Positions 1 to 8,996 of a stretch of 32,000 nucleotides of DNA are shown here, one piece after another; positions within the stretch are counted from its first letter, which is position 1; each line of letters starts with the position of its first letter. This DNA comes from Acaryochloris marina S15. GTDB lineage: Bacteria; Cyanobacteriota; Cyanobacteriia; Thermosynechococcales; Thermosynechococcaceae. The position numbers and the translations under genes were made by a program. The notes beneath the pieces were generated by a model, which was not told the origin of the DNA, did not search any database, and saw nothing but the letters and a program-made list of their open reading frames with translations. The DNA lies in assembly GCF_018336915.1 (NCBI RefSeq), contig NZ_CP064923.1:2100001-2132000 (forward strand), read 5' to 3'.

Positions 1-254
1 ACTTTATTCCAATGGAGAAACCCAAGCAATGTCTGCTTAGGCCATTCTCCAAAACTTACTTGAGTAACACCCTCCATTTCCTCTAGACTTACCAGCTTGC
101 GATCTCAACGCTGAATCTTTTGAACTGTTGAGAAGCAGTGGCTTACTCCTTTGGGCGGCTAAGAGGATACCTTAGGAATCCGGTTCATATCGTTTTTGGG
201 CAGTAGTACCTTCTGATTCGGCGCCTAAGGAGTTAGATACCTGAGGAAAATAGT

Positions 255-986
255 ATGGGAGATTGGTATAAAGCTGACCTGGCCTATATCCACGATATTG
301 GATATGGCGATTTTGCTGACCAAGCGGCTGTCGAAATCTTGGTCTGCTTTCAAGCACATCAGATTGAATTGGGTTTAGTAGTCGATTTAGGCTGCGGTAG
401 CGGCATCTGGGCAGATCACTTAGTCCAGGCGGGGTATCAAGTCTTGGGCATTGATATTTCGGAAGCCATGATTGAGCTGGCCCGCAATCGCGTTCCTACT
501 GCAGAATTTCGGATGGAGTCCTTATTTACAGCCAGTCTTCCCACCTGTCAGGCGGTGACGGCCCTAGGGGAAGGTCTAAATTATTTATTCGACGCAGAAC
601 ACAATTCATCTCGGTTAGGTTCTATATTCCAGCGAATCTTTGATGCCCTTGAGTCTGGAGGACTGTTTCTGTTTGATCTGGTGGAGCCAGGTCAGGTTGA
701 ACAAGGGCAAGTCAGTCAGGGATTTAGAGAAGGGGACGATTGGATGGTTTTGGTTGAGAAACAAGAGGATTTGGAAAAGATGATCCTGACGAGACGGATC
801 ATCACCTTTCGGCAAGAGGGTCGTCTGTATCGGCGGGATGAAGAAATTCACCGACAGCAGCTCTATAATGCCGAAGAGATTGCTGAACAGTTGAGTCAGA
901 TAGGATTTCAAGTTCAAATCTCTAATGCTTATGGTGAATACGAACTTGCGATCGCACGTAAAGCCATCACAGCTCGAAAACCTTAG
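255..986 (+). CDS. Class I SAM-dependent methyltransferase
   Basis: 243-aa ORF with SAM-binding motif I (VVDLGCGSG) followed by the acidic-loop motif (VLGIDIS). Length and motif spacing are typical of small Rossmann-fold methyltransferases. Confidence 0.8.
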   Translation: MGDWYKADLAYIHDIGYGDFADQAAVEILVCFQAHQIELGLVVDLGCGSGIWADHLVQAGYQVLGIDISEAMIELARNRVPTAEFRMESLFTASLPTCQAVTALGEGLNYLFDAEHNSSRLGSIFQRIFDALESGGLFLFDLVEPGQVEQGQVSQGFREGDDWMVLVEKQEDLEKMILTRRIITFRQEGRLYRRDEEIHRQQLYNAEEIAEQLSQIGFQVQISNAYGEYELAIARKAITARKP

Positions 987-990
987 ACAC

Positions 991-2781
991 CTACTTGGAA
1001 GGCTGAATTTGCTTCTTGACCCGCTCTTGATTCAGCAAAGCTAGGGAATGATTGGGATTGAGACTAAGGGCTTGTTCTAGGCTAGCTAAGGCTTCAGGAA
1101 AATTCCCCAGCGCCTTTAGGGCTATCCCTTTCCCTGTCCAATAATCGGCATTTTTTTCATTAAAGGCGAGGGCTTTGTTATAGGCAGCCACCGCCCGACT
1201 ATAGGACCGCAAGCCCATCAGAGCGAGGGCTTTGTTATACCAAGCGCGATCAGATTTGGCATCCAGAGCCACAGCTTGATCCGCAGCAGCTAGGGCCTGT
1301 CCATAGTCTTCTAGTCGCCAATAGGCTGCACTTTGATTAATCCATATTTCTACTAGTGTCGGTTGCTTACCGGCATTGACATCTCCCTTTAAAGCTCGAT
1401 CGTAAGCCGCAACGGCTTCTTCTAACTTGCCAAGAGTTGCGAGAATCCGGCCTTGGTTGAACCAGGCTAGGGAAGATTGAGGATCATACTCCACGCCCTG
1501 TTCCGCAGCATCCAATGCCTCATCAAATCGCCCTAAACGCCACAGTGATAAAGCCCGAGCACTCCAAGCATGGGCATCTTGAGGCATGATGGCTAACGCA
1601 CGATCGATGGAGGTGAGGGCTTCCTTGAACCTGCCAAGACCAATCAGTGCTGTGCCCCGCTGGCTCCAGGCAAAGTCCAGCCCTGCCTCTCCCCAATCTC
1701 CGTCCCCTTCTTGGAAGGCTTTTTCGCAGCTGGCTAGGGCCGTCTCAAACTGGCGAAGTTGATTGGCATTGGCACATTGCTGAATTAGGGCCGCAGAAGA
1801 TTTAGGGGCCAGGGTAACGGCAAATTCATGGGAAGCTTGTGCCTGTTGATGTTCTCCCAATTGATCCAGCAAAATCCCCTGTTGAGACCACAGCTTGGGA
1901 TTCTCAGGGGCAAAAGCGAGAGCCTTGTCATAGTTTTCAAGGGCCTGATTATACTCTCCTAATTGTCGATGGAGTTGGGCAAGTTGGGACCAACCTATGG
2001 CAGCAGAGTTGTCTGGCCAGTCTTCTTGGAGGGCGCGATCGCAGGATTGAAACGCTCGTGAATATTGCTTCTGTGATGCCAACACCTGACAGTGGCCAGC
2101 CCATGCTCGTCCATCATGTTCATTGATATGTGTAGCCCAATCATAGGCAGCTAAGGCTTCGTCAAATCGCTTCAACTCAAATAATGCTGCTCCTCGGTAA
2201 TACCAAGCCTGATCAGGTAACGATTGCAGCCGTTGATCTGCCACTTGCAAGGCTAATTCACAATCTTTGAGAGCAGGTTCATAATTTTTGAGTTGAAAAA
2301 GGCTAATGCATCGCTTCGCTAAAATCTGAGGTTTGTCGGGTTCAAGCTTTAGAACCTGATTGAAGGCCGCTACAGCTTCAGAATGCTTGGCTTGGGCAAA
2401 AACAATCGTGCTGCGATCGGTCCAGGCTTGCGGATCGTTGGAATTTAAAGCAATCGCTTGATCACACGCTTTGAGAGCTTCTGCATATTTTTCATTTTTG
2501 AGCTTTTTATCATATTGCTTTTTCTTCAGAGCTTCGTTATTTTGGGCTTGCTGGGTCAGGCTCTGACATAATCCTGCCCAATGACCATAATCTTGTAATC
2601 CTTCTTGGGCATGAAGGCTTTGGGGTAGCAAGGCACTCAGTAGGAGGGGCGATGCTATTCCCCATAGCAGTAATTTTGCACTAGACCCGATGCCATATCC
2701 CTGTACCAGATTCAACTGACGGCTAGTTTTTCCAAAGATGATCAATAATCTTTTTTTAGGGACAAGAGTGGGTTGTTCCAT
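991..2781 (-). CDS. TPR-repeat protein, probably exported
   Basis: Long ORF built of tandem ~34-aa TPR-like units (e.g. AWYNKALALMGLRSYSRAVAAYNKALAFNEKNADYW). A hydrophobic N-terminal segment (AKLLLWGIASPLLLSALLPQSLHA) resembles a signal peptide. The start is uncertain: ATG at 2781 (MEQPTL...) overlaps the upstream pentapeptide gene by 26 nt, a TTG at 2715 is an alternative, and the ORF-track start at 2841 looks too long. Confidence 0.75.
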   Translation of the reverse strand: MEQPTLVPKKRLLIIFGKTSRQLNLVQGYGIGSSAKLLLWGIASPLLLSALLPQSLHAQEGLQDYGHWAGLCQSLTQQAQNNEALKKKQYDKKLKNEKYAEALKACDQAIALNSNDPQAWTDRSTIVFAQAKHSEAVAAFNQVLKLEPDKPQILAKRCISLFQLKNYEPALKDCELALQVADQRLQSLPDQAWYYRGAALFELKRFDEALAAYDWATHINEHDGRAWAGHCQVLASQKQYSRAFQSCDRALQEDWPDNSAAIGWSQLAQLHRQLGEYNQALENYDKALAFAPENPKLWSQQGILLDQLGEHQQAQASHEFAVTLAPKSSAALIQQCANANQLRQFETALASCEKAFQEGDGDWGEAGLDFAWSQRGTALIGLGRFKEALTSIDRALAIMPQDAHAWSARALSLWRLGRFDEALDAAEQGVEYDPQSSLAWFNQGRILATLGKLEEAVAAYDRALKGDVNAGKQPTLVEIWINQSAAYWRLEDYGQALAAADQAVALDAKSDRAWYNKALALMGLRSYSRAVAAYNKALAFNEKNADYWTGKGIALKALGNFPEALASLEQALSLNPNHSLALLNQERVKKQIQPSK

Positions 2782-4189
2782 CAGGCATCGTGGCTCCACA
2801 CAAGTAGGCATCGGTAAGGGTGGTACCCTCAACGTTGGCATTTTCTAGATTGGCTTCTGCTAGGTTGGCATTTTTGAGGGTCACGGCTTTGAGGCTGGCT
2901 CCCGTTAGATCGGCCCGAAACAGGTTAGCTTCGGTCATATTGGCCCCATCCAAAATGCTTTGGGTTAAATTAGCCTCGGGCAATTGGGCTCGAAAAAAAT
3001 CAACTTGGCTGAGATCAGCTTGAACTAAGTCAGCCGTTTTCAGTTCTAGCTCTCTACCTCCCTGGTTGACCAGTTCCCACACCTGCCGCCATTTATCGGC
3101 CAGAACAGTTTTGATATTGATTTTGCTCTTGTGTAGCTTTGCCAGATTAAGATCGGCCCCTTCCAAATTGGCGTAACGTAAATCGGCCCCTTGTAAATTG
3201 CTATTGGTTAAATTGGCTCGACGAAAATTTGTATAGCGGAGACGGGCATTACTAAAATTAGTGGCTCGCAGGTTACTATCTTGCAAATTGACAATAAACA
3301 AATAAGCTTGGGACAGATCCGCTTCTTCCAGCTCTGCCCCTTCTAAATTGATGCCCACCCAATGCACACCACTCAGATTTTTGCCTTTTACCGGTGCGGC
3401 AGATGCTCCCGTAGTGAGTGCCTCAGATGTTTCTGTGGAAGTTGGCTTCTTGATCGGTTGCGGATTGACAATCGCCCAAGCATCTCGCCATTTCGGATCT
3501 AAAACTGTGGTGTCATCAATTTTGGCGTCTCTCAAATCAGTATTTACTAAATTGGCTCCAGTCAAATCGGCTCCAATCAAATTGGCTCCCTTCAGAGATG
3601 CTCCTTCCAAATTGGCGTTTACCAGCTTTGCTCCTACTAGCGATGCATTCTGTAATCGAGCTTGAGATAAAGTAGCAGTGGTCAGATCAGCCTGATTCAA
3701 CTGTGCCTGAGCTAAGTTAGCCCTAGCTAAATTGGCTTCCATTAATTTCGCTTGGCTCAAGTTGGCATCACGGAGTTGAGCGTTTTCCAGATTGCTGAGT
3801 ATCAGCCGTGCTTGAGATAAGTTAGCCCGGAATAAGATGGCTGCGCCCAATTGGCTTTCCTCTAGATTGCTGAGGGTGAGTTGGGCACTAGAAAGGATCG
3901 CCTCCCGCAAATCGGCTTGTTTGAGATCCGCTCGAAGTAGATCTGCTCCATCTAGCTTGGCTCCCCGCAGATTTGCTTCTTTAAGATTGGCCCCTTTTAG
4001 GTTGGCATTCCGAAGATCAGCTCCACCTAATTTGGCCTTATCCAGCTGACAGTCGGCACATTCACGTGTTTCTTTTAGCTGATCAACATGATCGCTTTTG
4101 GCAGCCTGTACTGACTGCACGAAAATGGTGAGCACAAAAACTCCACTCACTAGTCCTGATGAAGTTTTTGCAATCTGGCTAATCCGCAA
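2756..4189 (-). CDS. Pentapeptide-repeat protein with N-terminal signal peptide
   Basis: 477-aa ORF with an N-terminal hydrophobic signal (LVSGVFVLTIFVQSVQAAK). Long runs of A(D/N)LxG-type pentapeptides (ANLKGANLKEANLRGAKLDGADL...) form three blocks. The blocks are separated by two related linkers (DPKWRDAWAIVN and ADKWRQVWELVN). Confidence 0.88.
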   Translation of the reverse strand: MRISQIAKTSSGLVSGVFVLTIFVQSVQAAKSDHVDQLKETRECADCQLDKAKLGGADLRNANLKGANLKEANLRGAKLDGADLLRADLKQADLREAILSSAQLTLSNLEESQLGAAILFRANLSQARLILSNLENAQLRDANLSQAKLMEANLARANLAQAQLNQADLTTATLSQARLQNASLVGAKLVNANLEGASLKGANLIGADLTGANLVNTDLRDAKIDDTTVLDPKWRDAWAIVNPQPIKKPTSTETSEALTTGASAAPVKGKNLSGVHWVGINLEGAELEEADLSQAYLFIVNLQDSNLRATNFSNARLRYTNFRRANLTNSNLQGADLRYANLEGADLNLAKLHKSKINIKTVLADKWRQVWELVNQGGRELELKTADLVQADLSQVDFFRAQLPEANLTQSILDGANMTEANLFRADLTGASLKAVTLKNANLAEANLENANVEGTTLTDAYLCGATMPDGTTHSCP

Positions 4190-4315
4190 AACCCGAACCT
4201 CAGATTTTAGGAAAGATCAACTACAGATCATGGCATGTTCGCTTGCTACAAATGATTAGACAAAGGTCTAGCATCATCAGGAAGAACACAAAATTAGATT
4301 CATTATGGGTCAACT

Positions 4316-4330
4316 AGATCATGCATGATC
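4316..4330. promoter_or_regulatory. Perfect 14-bp palindrome GATCATGCATGATC; related half-motif AGATCATGGCATG at 4225-4237
   Basis: Read directly in the 280-bp divergent intergenic region between the pentapeptide gene (-) and the MGS/lipid-kinase gene (+). Operator function is only inferred. Confidence 0.25.
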
Positions 4331-4469
4331 GCTGTGTAAAGCGGGAATCACTGATACGAACTTCGGGAGATAAGCCACTGATAAGCTTGGACACTTGAAC
4401 GATTCTGTCAAGCTCATAGAACAACGTATGATCAACAAAAGACACAGGTTTTGAGCACGAGGCAATTGC

Positions 4470-5777
4470 ATGGCAGCTACGATCGCATTGATCGCACACG
4501 ATCGGAAAAAAGATCAAATCGTTGAATTTGCTAAGCAATACCAACCTGTCCTTTGTCGGTATCACATCATTGCCACAGGTACGACTGGGCAACGGATTCA
4601 GGATGCTACAGACCTTGATGTAGAGCGAATGCTGTCAGGCCCTATGGGAGGTGATGCCCAAATTGCAACCCAGGTGGCTGAGGGCAAAGTTACCGCCGTT
4701 ATTTTTCTCATCGATCCGCTCTATGCCCAACCCCATGAACCCGATATTCAGACCCTTCAACGGATTTGTGCCGTTTATGATGTACCCGTTGCCATCAATG
4801 TAGGGACAGCAACGGCCATCCTAGAGCAACTGCGCCGTACCCGAGTCGCTCACCTTGTTTTCAATCCAGTGTCTGGGCAAGGCAATGCCGATCACGATCT
4901 AACTTTGATAGAAGAACTTCTCAGTCCAGCCATGGAACTCGTGGTGCATTTAACCACTCCAGATACCCATCCCAGCGAACTCGTGGAAGATGCGATTTCA
5001 GCTCAAGCCGATTTGATTTTGGCTTCCGGTGGTGATGGCACTATCTCTGCTGTGGCAGGGGCATTAATTGGATCCAATATTCCTCTGGGAGTGATTCCTC
5101 GGGGAACAGCCAACGCTTTTGCGGCGGCCCTCAGCATTTCCCAGGGATTTACACCTATTCGAACGGCCTGCAACATTATTGTCCAAGGGAAGACTTGGGT
5201 GGTCGATGTGGCGAAGTGTAACGATCAGCCGATGATTTTACTAGCAGGGATTGGATTAGAGGCAGAAGTAATTGAGCGAGCAGACCGAGAGGCCAAAAAT
5301 CGTTGGGGGGCTTTCGCCTACATTATGGAAGGGATTAAGCAGTTCAATCAGCAGGAGCTTTTTGAAACGGAGATTGAGGTGGAGGGCGTGATCAAAACCT
5401 TTAAGGCCGGTGCCGTCACGATCGCCAATGCTGCACCCCCTACTTCAGTGATGGCCCAAGGGGCAGGGGTCGTCGATGCTAGTGATGGACTGCTGGATAT
5501 TACGATTGGCGCTCCCCAAACAGACTTGGAAGCGGTCGGAGCAATGGTGAATTTAGTGGGTGCCGCCCTTCTGCGCCAACCCACCAATCGAGAAGACATT
5601 ATCAATCTCCAAACTCGGCGGGTGAAAGTAAAAACCCAACCACCCCAAAAAGTTGTGGTGGATGGGGAGATGATCGGGACAACCCCCATCGAAGTGGAAT
5701 GCATTCCCCGAGGGTTGATTGTATTTGCCCCGGAGTCAGCAGATCTTCATCAGGAAACTTCGGAACCAGAAGCATAA
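4470..5777 (+). CDS. Fusion protein: methylglyoxal synthase(-like) domain + diacylglycerol-kinase-family (YegS/DagK-type) lipid kinase domain
   Basis: The N-terminal ~125 aa align by eye with MgsA (IALIAHDRKK, ATGTTG, LSGPMGGDAQ, PHEPDIQTL, PVAINVGTA). The rest carries DAGK catalytic-domain motifs (NPVSGQG, ASGGDGTISAV, GVIPRGTANAFA). Confidence 0.82.
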   Translation: MAATIALIAHDRKKDQIVEFAKQYQPVLCRYHIIATGTTGQRIQDATDLDVERMLSGPMGGDAQIATQVAEGKVTAVIFLIDPLYAQPHEPDIQTLQRICAVYDVPVAINVGTATAILEQLRRTRVAHLVFNPVSGQGNADHDLTLIEELLSPAMELVVHLTTPDTHPSELVEDAISAQADLILASGGDGTISAVAGALIGSNIPLGVIPRGTANAFAAALSISQGFTPIRTACNIIVQGKTWVVDVAKCNDQPMILLAGIGLEAEVIERADREAKNRWGAFAYIMEGIKQFNQQELFETEIEVEGVIKTFKAGAVTIANAAPPTSVMAQGAGVVDASDGLLDITIGAPQTDLEAVGAMVNLVGAALLRQPTNREDIINLQTRRVKVKTQPPQKVVVDGEMIGTTPIEVECIPRGLIVFAPESADLHQETSEPEA

Positions 5778-5798
5778 GTGGGTTAAAGGACATACCGA

Positions 5799-6146
5799 CT
5801 AACGATGGAATCCTTTATGGTCATGATGGAACTTACGATCATGACCATGGTGCTTGTCGTGATGCTTCTTATCGAATTTTTTGAATTTTTTGAATTTCTT
5901 GAATCCAAAATTAGGGGAGCGACGGAATCGGTTAAAGCGTCGGCGACCGTGATTTCGCCGACGGAATCTGCGGCGACTATGAAAACCACGACGATGATGA
6001 CCAAATTTGTTGAACTTTAAGGAGACCAATTGAGGCTCTTGCTGGTCAGAAAATAAACCAATCTCGGCGGCTTTCGCTTCGCTGATACCAATCGTGAAAA
6101 CGGATAAGCTGAGTAATGCAGTGGAGAGTATACGTTTCGGAGTCAT
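5799..6146 (-). CDS. Small secreted His/Arg/Lys/Phe-rich low-complexity protein
   Basis: ATG at 6146 is preceded by AAGAGG. The N-terminus MTPKRILSTALLSLSVFTIGISEAKA-AE is a canonical signal peptide with an AxA site. The mature part is dominated by R/K/H/F (HHRRGFHSRRRFRRRNHGRRRFNRFRR...KKFKKFKKFDKKHHDKHHGHDRKFHHDHKGFHR). The ORF-track start at 6275 adds an implausible leader. Confidence 0.55.
   Translation of the reverse strand: MTPKRILSTALLSLSVFTIGISEAKAAEIGLFSDQQEPQLVSLKFNKFGHHRRGFHSRRRFRRRNHGRRRFNRFRRSPNFGFKKFKKFKKFDKKHHDKHHGHDRKFHHDHKGFHR
5874..5906. repeat. 9-bp tandem repeat (GAATTTTTT x2, GAATTTCTT, partial GAATCC) inside the His/Arg-rich ORF
   Basis: Read directly: gaattttttgaattttttgaatttcttgaatcc. 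It encodes (KKF)3 on the minus strand, and the unit length is a multiple of 3. Confidence 0.85.
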
Positions 6147-6350
6147 CTTCTGTGCCTCTTTTGTCGTTAATATCAATTTAGAGCTGGAACCTGAGAAGAA
6201 GCTGATGACTGTCTGAGGTGAGGTGATCAGATTGCTGAAGATTTTCAACCATAATAATATCGCCCTCATTTGCAAGCATTCACCTTCTCTAAGACTCCTA
6301 ATTCGTTAAGCTGAAGACTCTTTAGTCTCCACTGTCTCGCTAGGTTTTGC

Positions 6351-7733
6351 ATGAAGTTGCGAAATAAATTTTTTCAGCAACGGACTGATCGACATCCGCC
6401 ACAGATTCATCCGCTGCTTCGTCCCCAATGGCCTTTTGATCCTGGCAAGCTACCTTTCTTTTATGGTTGGGCGATTTTAGCTGCCTGCACAATCGGGATA
6501 ATCATGAGTATCCCTGGGCAAACCATGGGAGTGAGCGTTTTTACGGACTATTTGATTGAGGCCACGGGGGTATCGCGGCTGCAGCTCAGCAATGCTTATC
6601 TGATTGGCACGGTAACCAGCGGATTGTTGTTGCCATTTGGGGGTGTATTTTTAGATCGGTTTGGAACGCGCCTGTCTGTGGTGTTGGCTTCAGTTTGGTT
6701 GGGGCTGACGTTGGGGTATATGAGTGTGTGCGATCGCATCGCCGTATCCCTCAGTCAAACCTGGAATTTACCCACCTCTAACTATATTGCCTTTGGTTTG
6801 CTGGTACTGGGATTTACCAGTCTGCGATTCAGTGGGCAAGGCATGTTAACCATGTCCAGTCGTAACACCTTAGGTAAATGGTTTGATAAGCGACGGGGTT
6901 TAGCCTCGGGGATTGCTGGAGTCTTTATTTCTTTTGGATTTGCCTCAACCCCTTCTATTGTCAATACCTGGATTGAAGCTACAACCTGGCGGTGGACCTG
7001 GGTCAGTATGGGCTTAATGGTCGGATTGGGCATGAGTAGTTTAGGCTGGCTTCTCTATCGAGACAATCCTGAGGAATGTGGTCTACAGATGGACGGGAAA
7101 TTCAACCCCTCAGCCCCCCCACCATCTCAAGCTTCCGTTGACACCCGCAGAGATTTCACTCGCAGCGAAGCACTCCGCACCCCTGCTTTTTGGGCCGTAA
7201 CATTAGCCTTATCCTGTCAAGCTTTAGCGATCACAGGCATTACTTTTCATATCGTCGACCTTGGAGCGGAAGTGGGCTTAACTAAAGCCGAAGCAGTCGC
7301 CCTATTCATCCCGATGGCGTTGGTATCGACGATAATGGGATCTTTGATGGGCTTGGCTGCCGATCGAATTCGGCTGCAATTTCTGTTTATGGGCATGATG
7401 ACAGCCTTAGGAATTGGCATTGCCAGTATGGCTAATTTAGATATTGTGGCTTTGCGCGGGTTTGCCATTGCTGGATTGGGCAGTAGTGGGGGGTGTTTTG
7501 GCACCTTATCTGCCGTGGCATTACCCCGCTTTTTTGGTCGAACCCATTTAGGGGCAATTTCAGGGGTACAGATGATGAGTATTGTATTTGCCAGTGCGAT
7601 TGGTCCTTCTTGGATGGCACTGTTTAAAAACTTTGCGGGATCCTACCAACTAGGCCTCTATTGCTTTTGTATTTTTCCACCCCTTATTCTATTGCTCAAT
7701 TGGATGGCACCTAATCCACAGGCACGCAGGTGA
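6351..7733 (+). CDS. MFS-type transporter
   Basis: 460-aa polytopic membrane protein with roughly 12 hydrophobic segments in two halves, separated by a central hydrophilic loop (YRDNPEECGLQMDGKFNPSAPPPSQ...). It has an MFS-like DRFGTR loop motif after TM2. Confidence 0.78.
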   Translation: MKLRNKFFQQRTDRHPPQIHPLLRPQWPFDPGKLPFFYGWAILAACTIGIIMSIPGQTMGVSVFTDYLIEATGVSRLQLSNAYLIGTVTSGLLLPFGGVFLDRFGTRLSVVLASVWLGLTLGYMSVCDRIAVSLSQTWNLPTSNYIAFGLLVLGFTSLRFSGQGMLTMSSRNTLGKWFDKRRGLASGIAGVFISFGFASTPSIVNTWIEATTWRWTWVSMGLMVGLGMSSLGWLLYRDNPEECGLQMDGKFNPSAPPPSQASVDTRRDFTRSEALRTPAFWAVTLALSCQALAITGITFHIVDLGAEVGLTKAEAVALFIPMALVSTIMGSLMGLAADRIRLQFLFMGMMTALGIGIASMANLDIVALRGFAIAGLGSSGGCFGTLSAVALPRFFGRTHLGAISGVQMMSIVFASAIGPSWMALFKNFAGSYQLGLYCFCIFPPLILLLNWMAPNPQARR

Positions 7734-7769
7734 GAATCGACTTTGAAAAAGTTTTCAGACCTTTAGCTA

Positions 7770-8111
7770 TTAGTGCTCAATTTCTGGAGGTAGTTTAAAT
7801 TCCCCGGATGGAGTAGGTAAAAACGGATATGTATTTGGAATAGCAGCTAAGGGAATAGCCCCATAGATATGGGGATACTGCTCTTCTCCTCCCTCACAAT
7901 TCTCATATCGCAGCTCCATATCCAAAAGCTGAGGGTTGATTTCTAGTAAAACTAGATCTGTGCGATCGCAAAACAAACGGTGGGCCACTTCTAAGACTTG
8001 ATGCTGATCGGAGCAGTGAATAAACCCCTCAGTCGTAAGGGAAGAGGCGCGATACTCCCTAGCCGTTTGGGCAGCCTGCCAATCAAACTTTTGAGCAATA
8101 TGGAAAATCAT
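7770..8111 (-). CDS. DUF952-family protein
   Basis: 113-aa ORF whose pattern (MIFHI...W..A......Y...SL..EGFIHCS...Q...VA...F.....LVLL.I....L......E......YPHIYG.I....I) I recognise as DUF952. Confidence 0.7.
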   Translation of the reverse strand: MIFHIAQKFDWQAAQTAREYRASSLTTEGFIHCSDQHQVLEVAHRLFCDRTDLVLLEINPQLLDMELRYENCEGGEEQYPHIYGAIPLAAIPNTYPFLPTPSGEFKLPPEIEH

Positions 8112-8279
8112 ACTTTTGAGTCAGACCTCAGTTCTGAAAGGGGTAACAAGTACACAATAGAGATTAGTTTATCCTGCAACAACCTGAATCTCATTGTGTT
8201 GAGAGCTGAACTCCTCAGTGTTCCTATCCTAAAGACCCATATCCACTCTGTTCAAAAGATCTGATTGGTCTTTAGCAAA

Positions 8280-8924
8280 ATGATAGATTTTCTGCAATCA
8301 AACTGGATTGACCCGGTTCAGACAACAGTCCATGATAGATATGGCAAATGGTTTCTTGGAGCGGAGATATCTTTAATGAGTGACAGTAATAAAAGCCCAT
8401 TTAATCAACAACTTACTAAATGGTGGGACTTAGTCTCAGCTAAAGATACATGGGATTCGTTTAAAAAATTCTTTGAATTGGCATGGACCATCATTAAAGA
8501 AACAGGTATCCTGGCTTACCTGTTTATTCTTGGGGGACTCGTTTCAATTGGTTGGGTTAAAGATCGCTATACTGACTTGTCTGAAAGCGTAAAGTCTCTA
8601 CAAAACCAAGCAAATGAAGTAGGAGATGGCAACCTTGTGTCGGAAGCCGGTAAATCTCTGATAGAAGCAACTAAAAAAGGAGCAGATAATGCGCTGCAAA
8701 CTGCTCGCACGAAGTTAGATATTAAAGTACCGGAAAAAAAAACTAAAGAACCCGTAGCAGCTAAGCCTACTGCGAGCAAACCACCCGCTTCTGCCCCAGC
8801 GGCAAGCCCTGCTCCTGCTAGCACCCCGGCCCCTTCACCATCCCCATCTGCTGAAAGTAAGGCTGAAGAAGAAGTCACCCGGCAACCCGATTCTCAAGAG
8901 CCCCCAGAGTCTCAAGAATCATGA
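8280..8924 (+). CDS. Hypothetical membrane protein with Pro/Ala/Ser-rich C-terminal tail
   Basis: One clear TM segment (GILAYLFILGGLVSIGWV) and a C-terminal PAS-rich low-complexity region (AAKPTASKPPASAPAASPAPASTPAPSPSPSAE). The start is ambiguous: TTG 8265, ATG 8280, or ATG 8376 preceded by GGAG. Confidence 0.5.
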   Translation: MIDFLQSNWIDPVQTTVHDRYGKWFLGAEISLMSDSNKSPFNQQLTKWWDLVSAKDTWDSFKKFFELAWTIIKETGILAYLFILGGLVSIGWVKDRYTDLSESVKSLQNQANEVGDGNLVSEAGKSLIEATKKGADNALQTARTKLDIKVPEKKTKEPVAAKPTASKPPASAPAASPAPASTPAPSPSPSAESKAEEEVTRQPDSQEPPESQES

Positions 8925-8996
8925 GGTTTTAGCAAAGCCAAAACCAACCTCAATATTGTGCATAATTCTCTATCAATCTTTCGGACTGATGGAGAA

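Noticed and set aside
172-357. 61-aa minus-strand ORF overlapping the methyltransferase start
   Set aside because: It overlaps a well-supported gene on the opposite strand, and its translation is Arg/Pro/Gln-rich with no features.
2820-4049. Three plus-strand ORFs (2820..3023, 3348..3665, 3837..4049) antisense to the pentapeptide gene, rich in A/S/R/L
   Set aside because: They mirror the periodic pentapeptide codons on the opposite strand. They have low-complexity translations and no start context. This is a typical antisense artefact of repeat genes.
5783-6020. Two extra ORFs (5783..6004 -, 5805..6020 +) overlapping the His/Arg-rich gene
   Set aside because: Low-complexity DNA keeps several frames open. 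Only the 5799..6146 frame has a signal peptide and an SD-ATG context.
8567-8878. 103-aa minus-strand Ala/Gly/Leu-rich ORF
   Set aside because: It is antisense to the Pro/Ala/Ser-rich tail of the 8280..8924 gene, a compositional mirror artefact.
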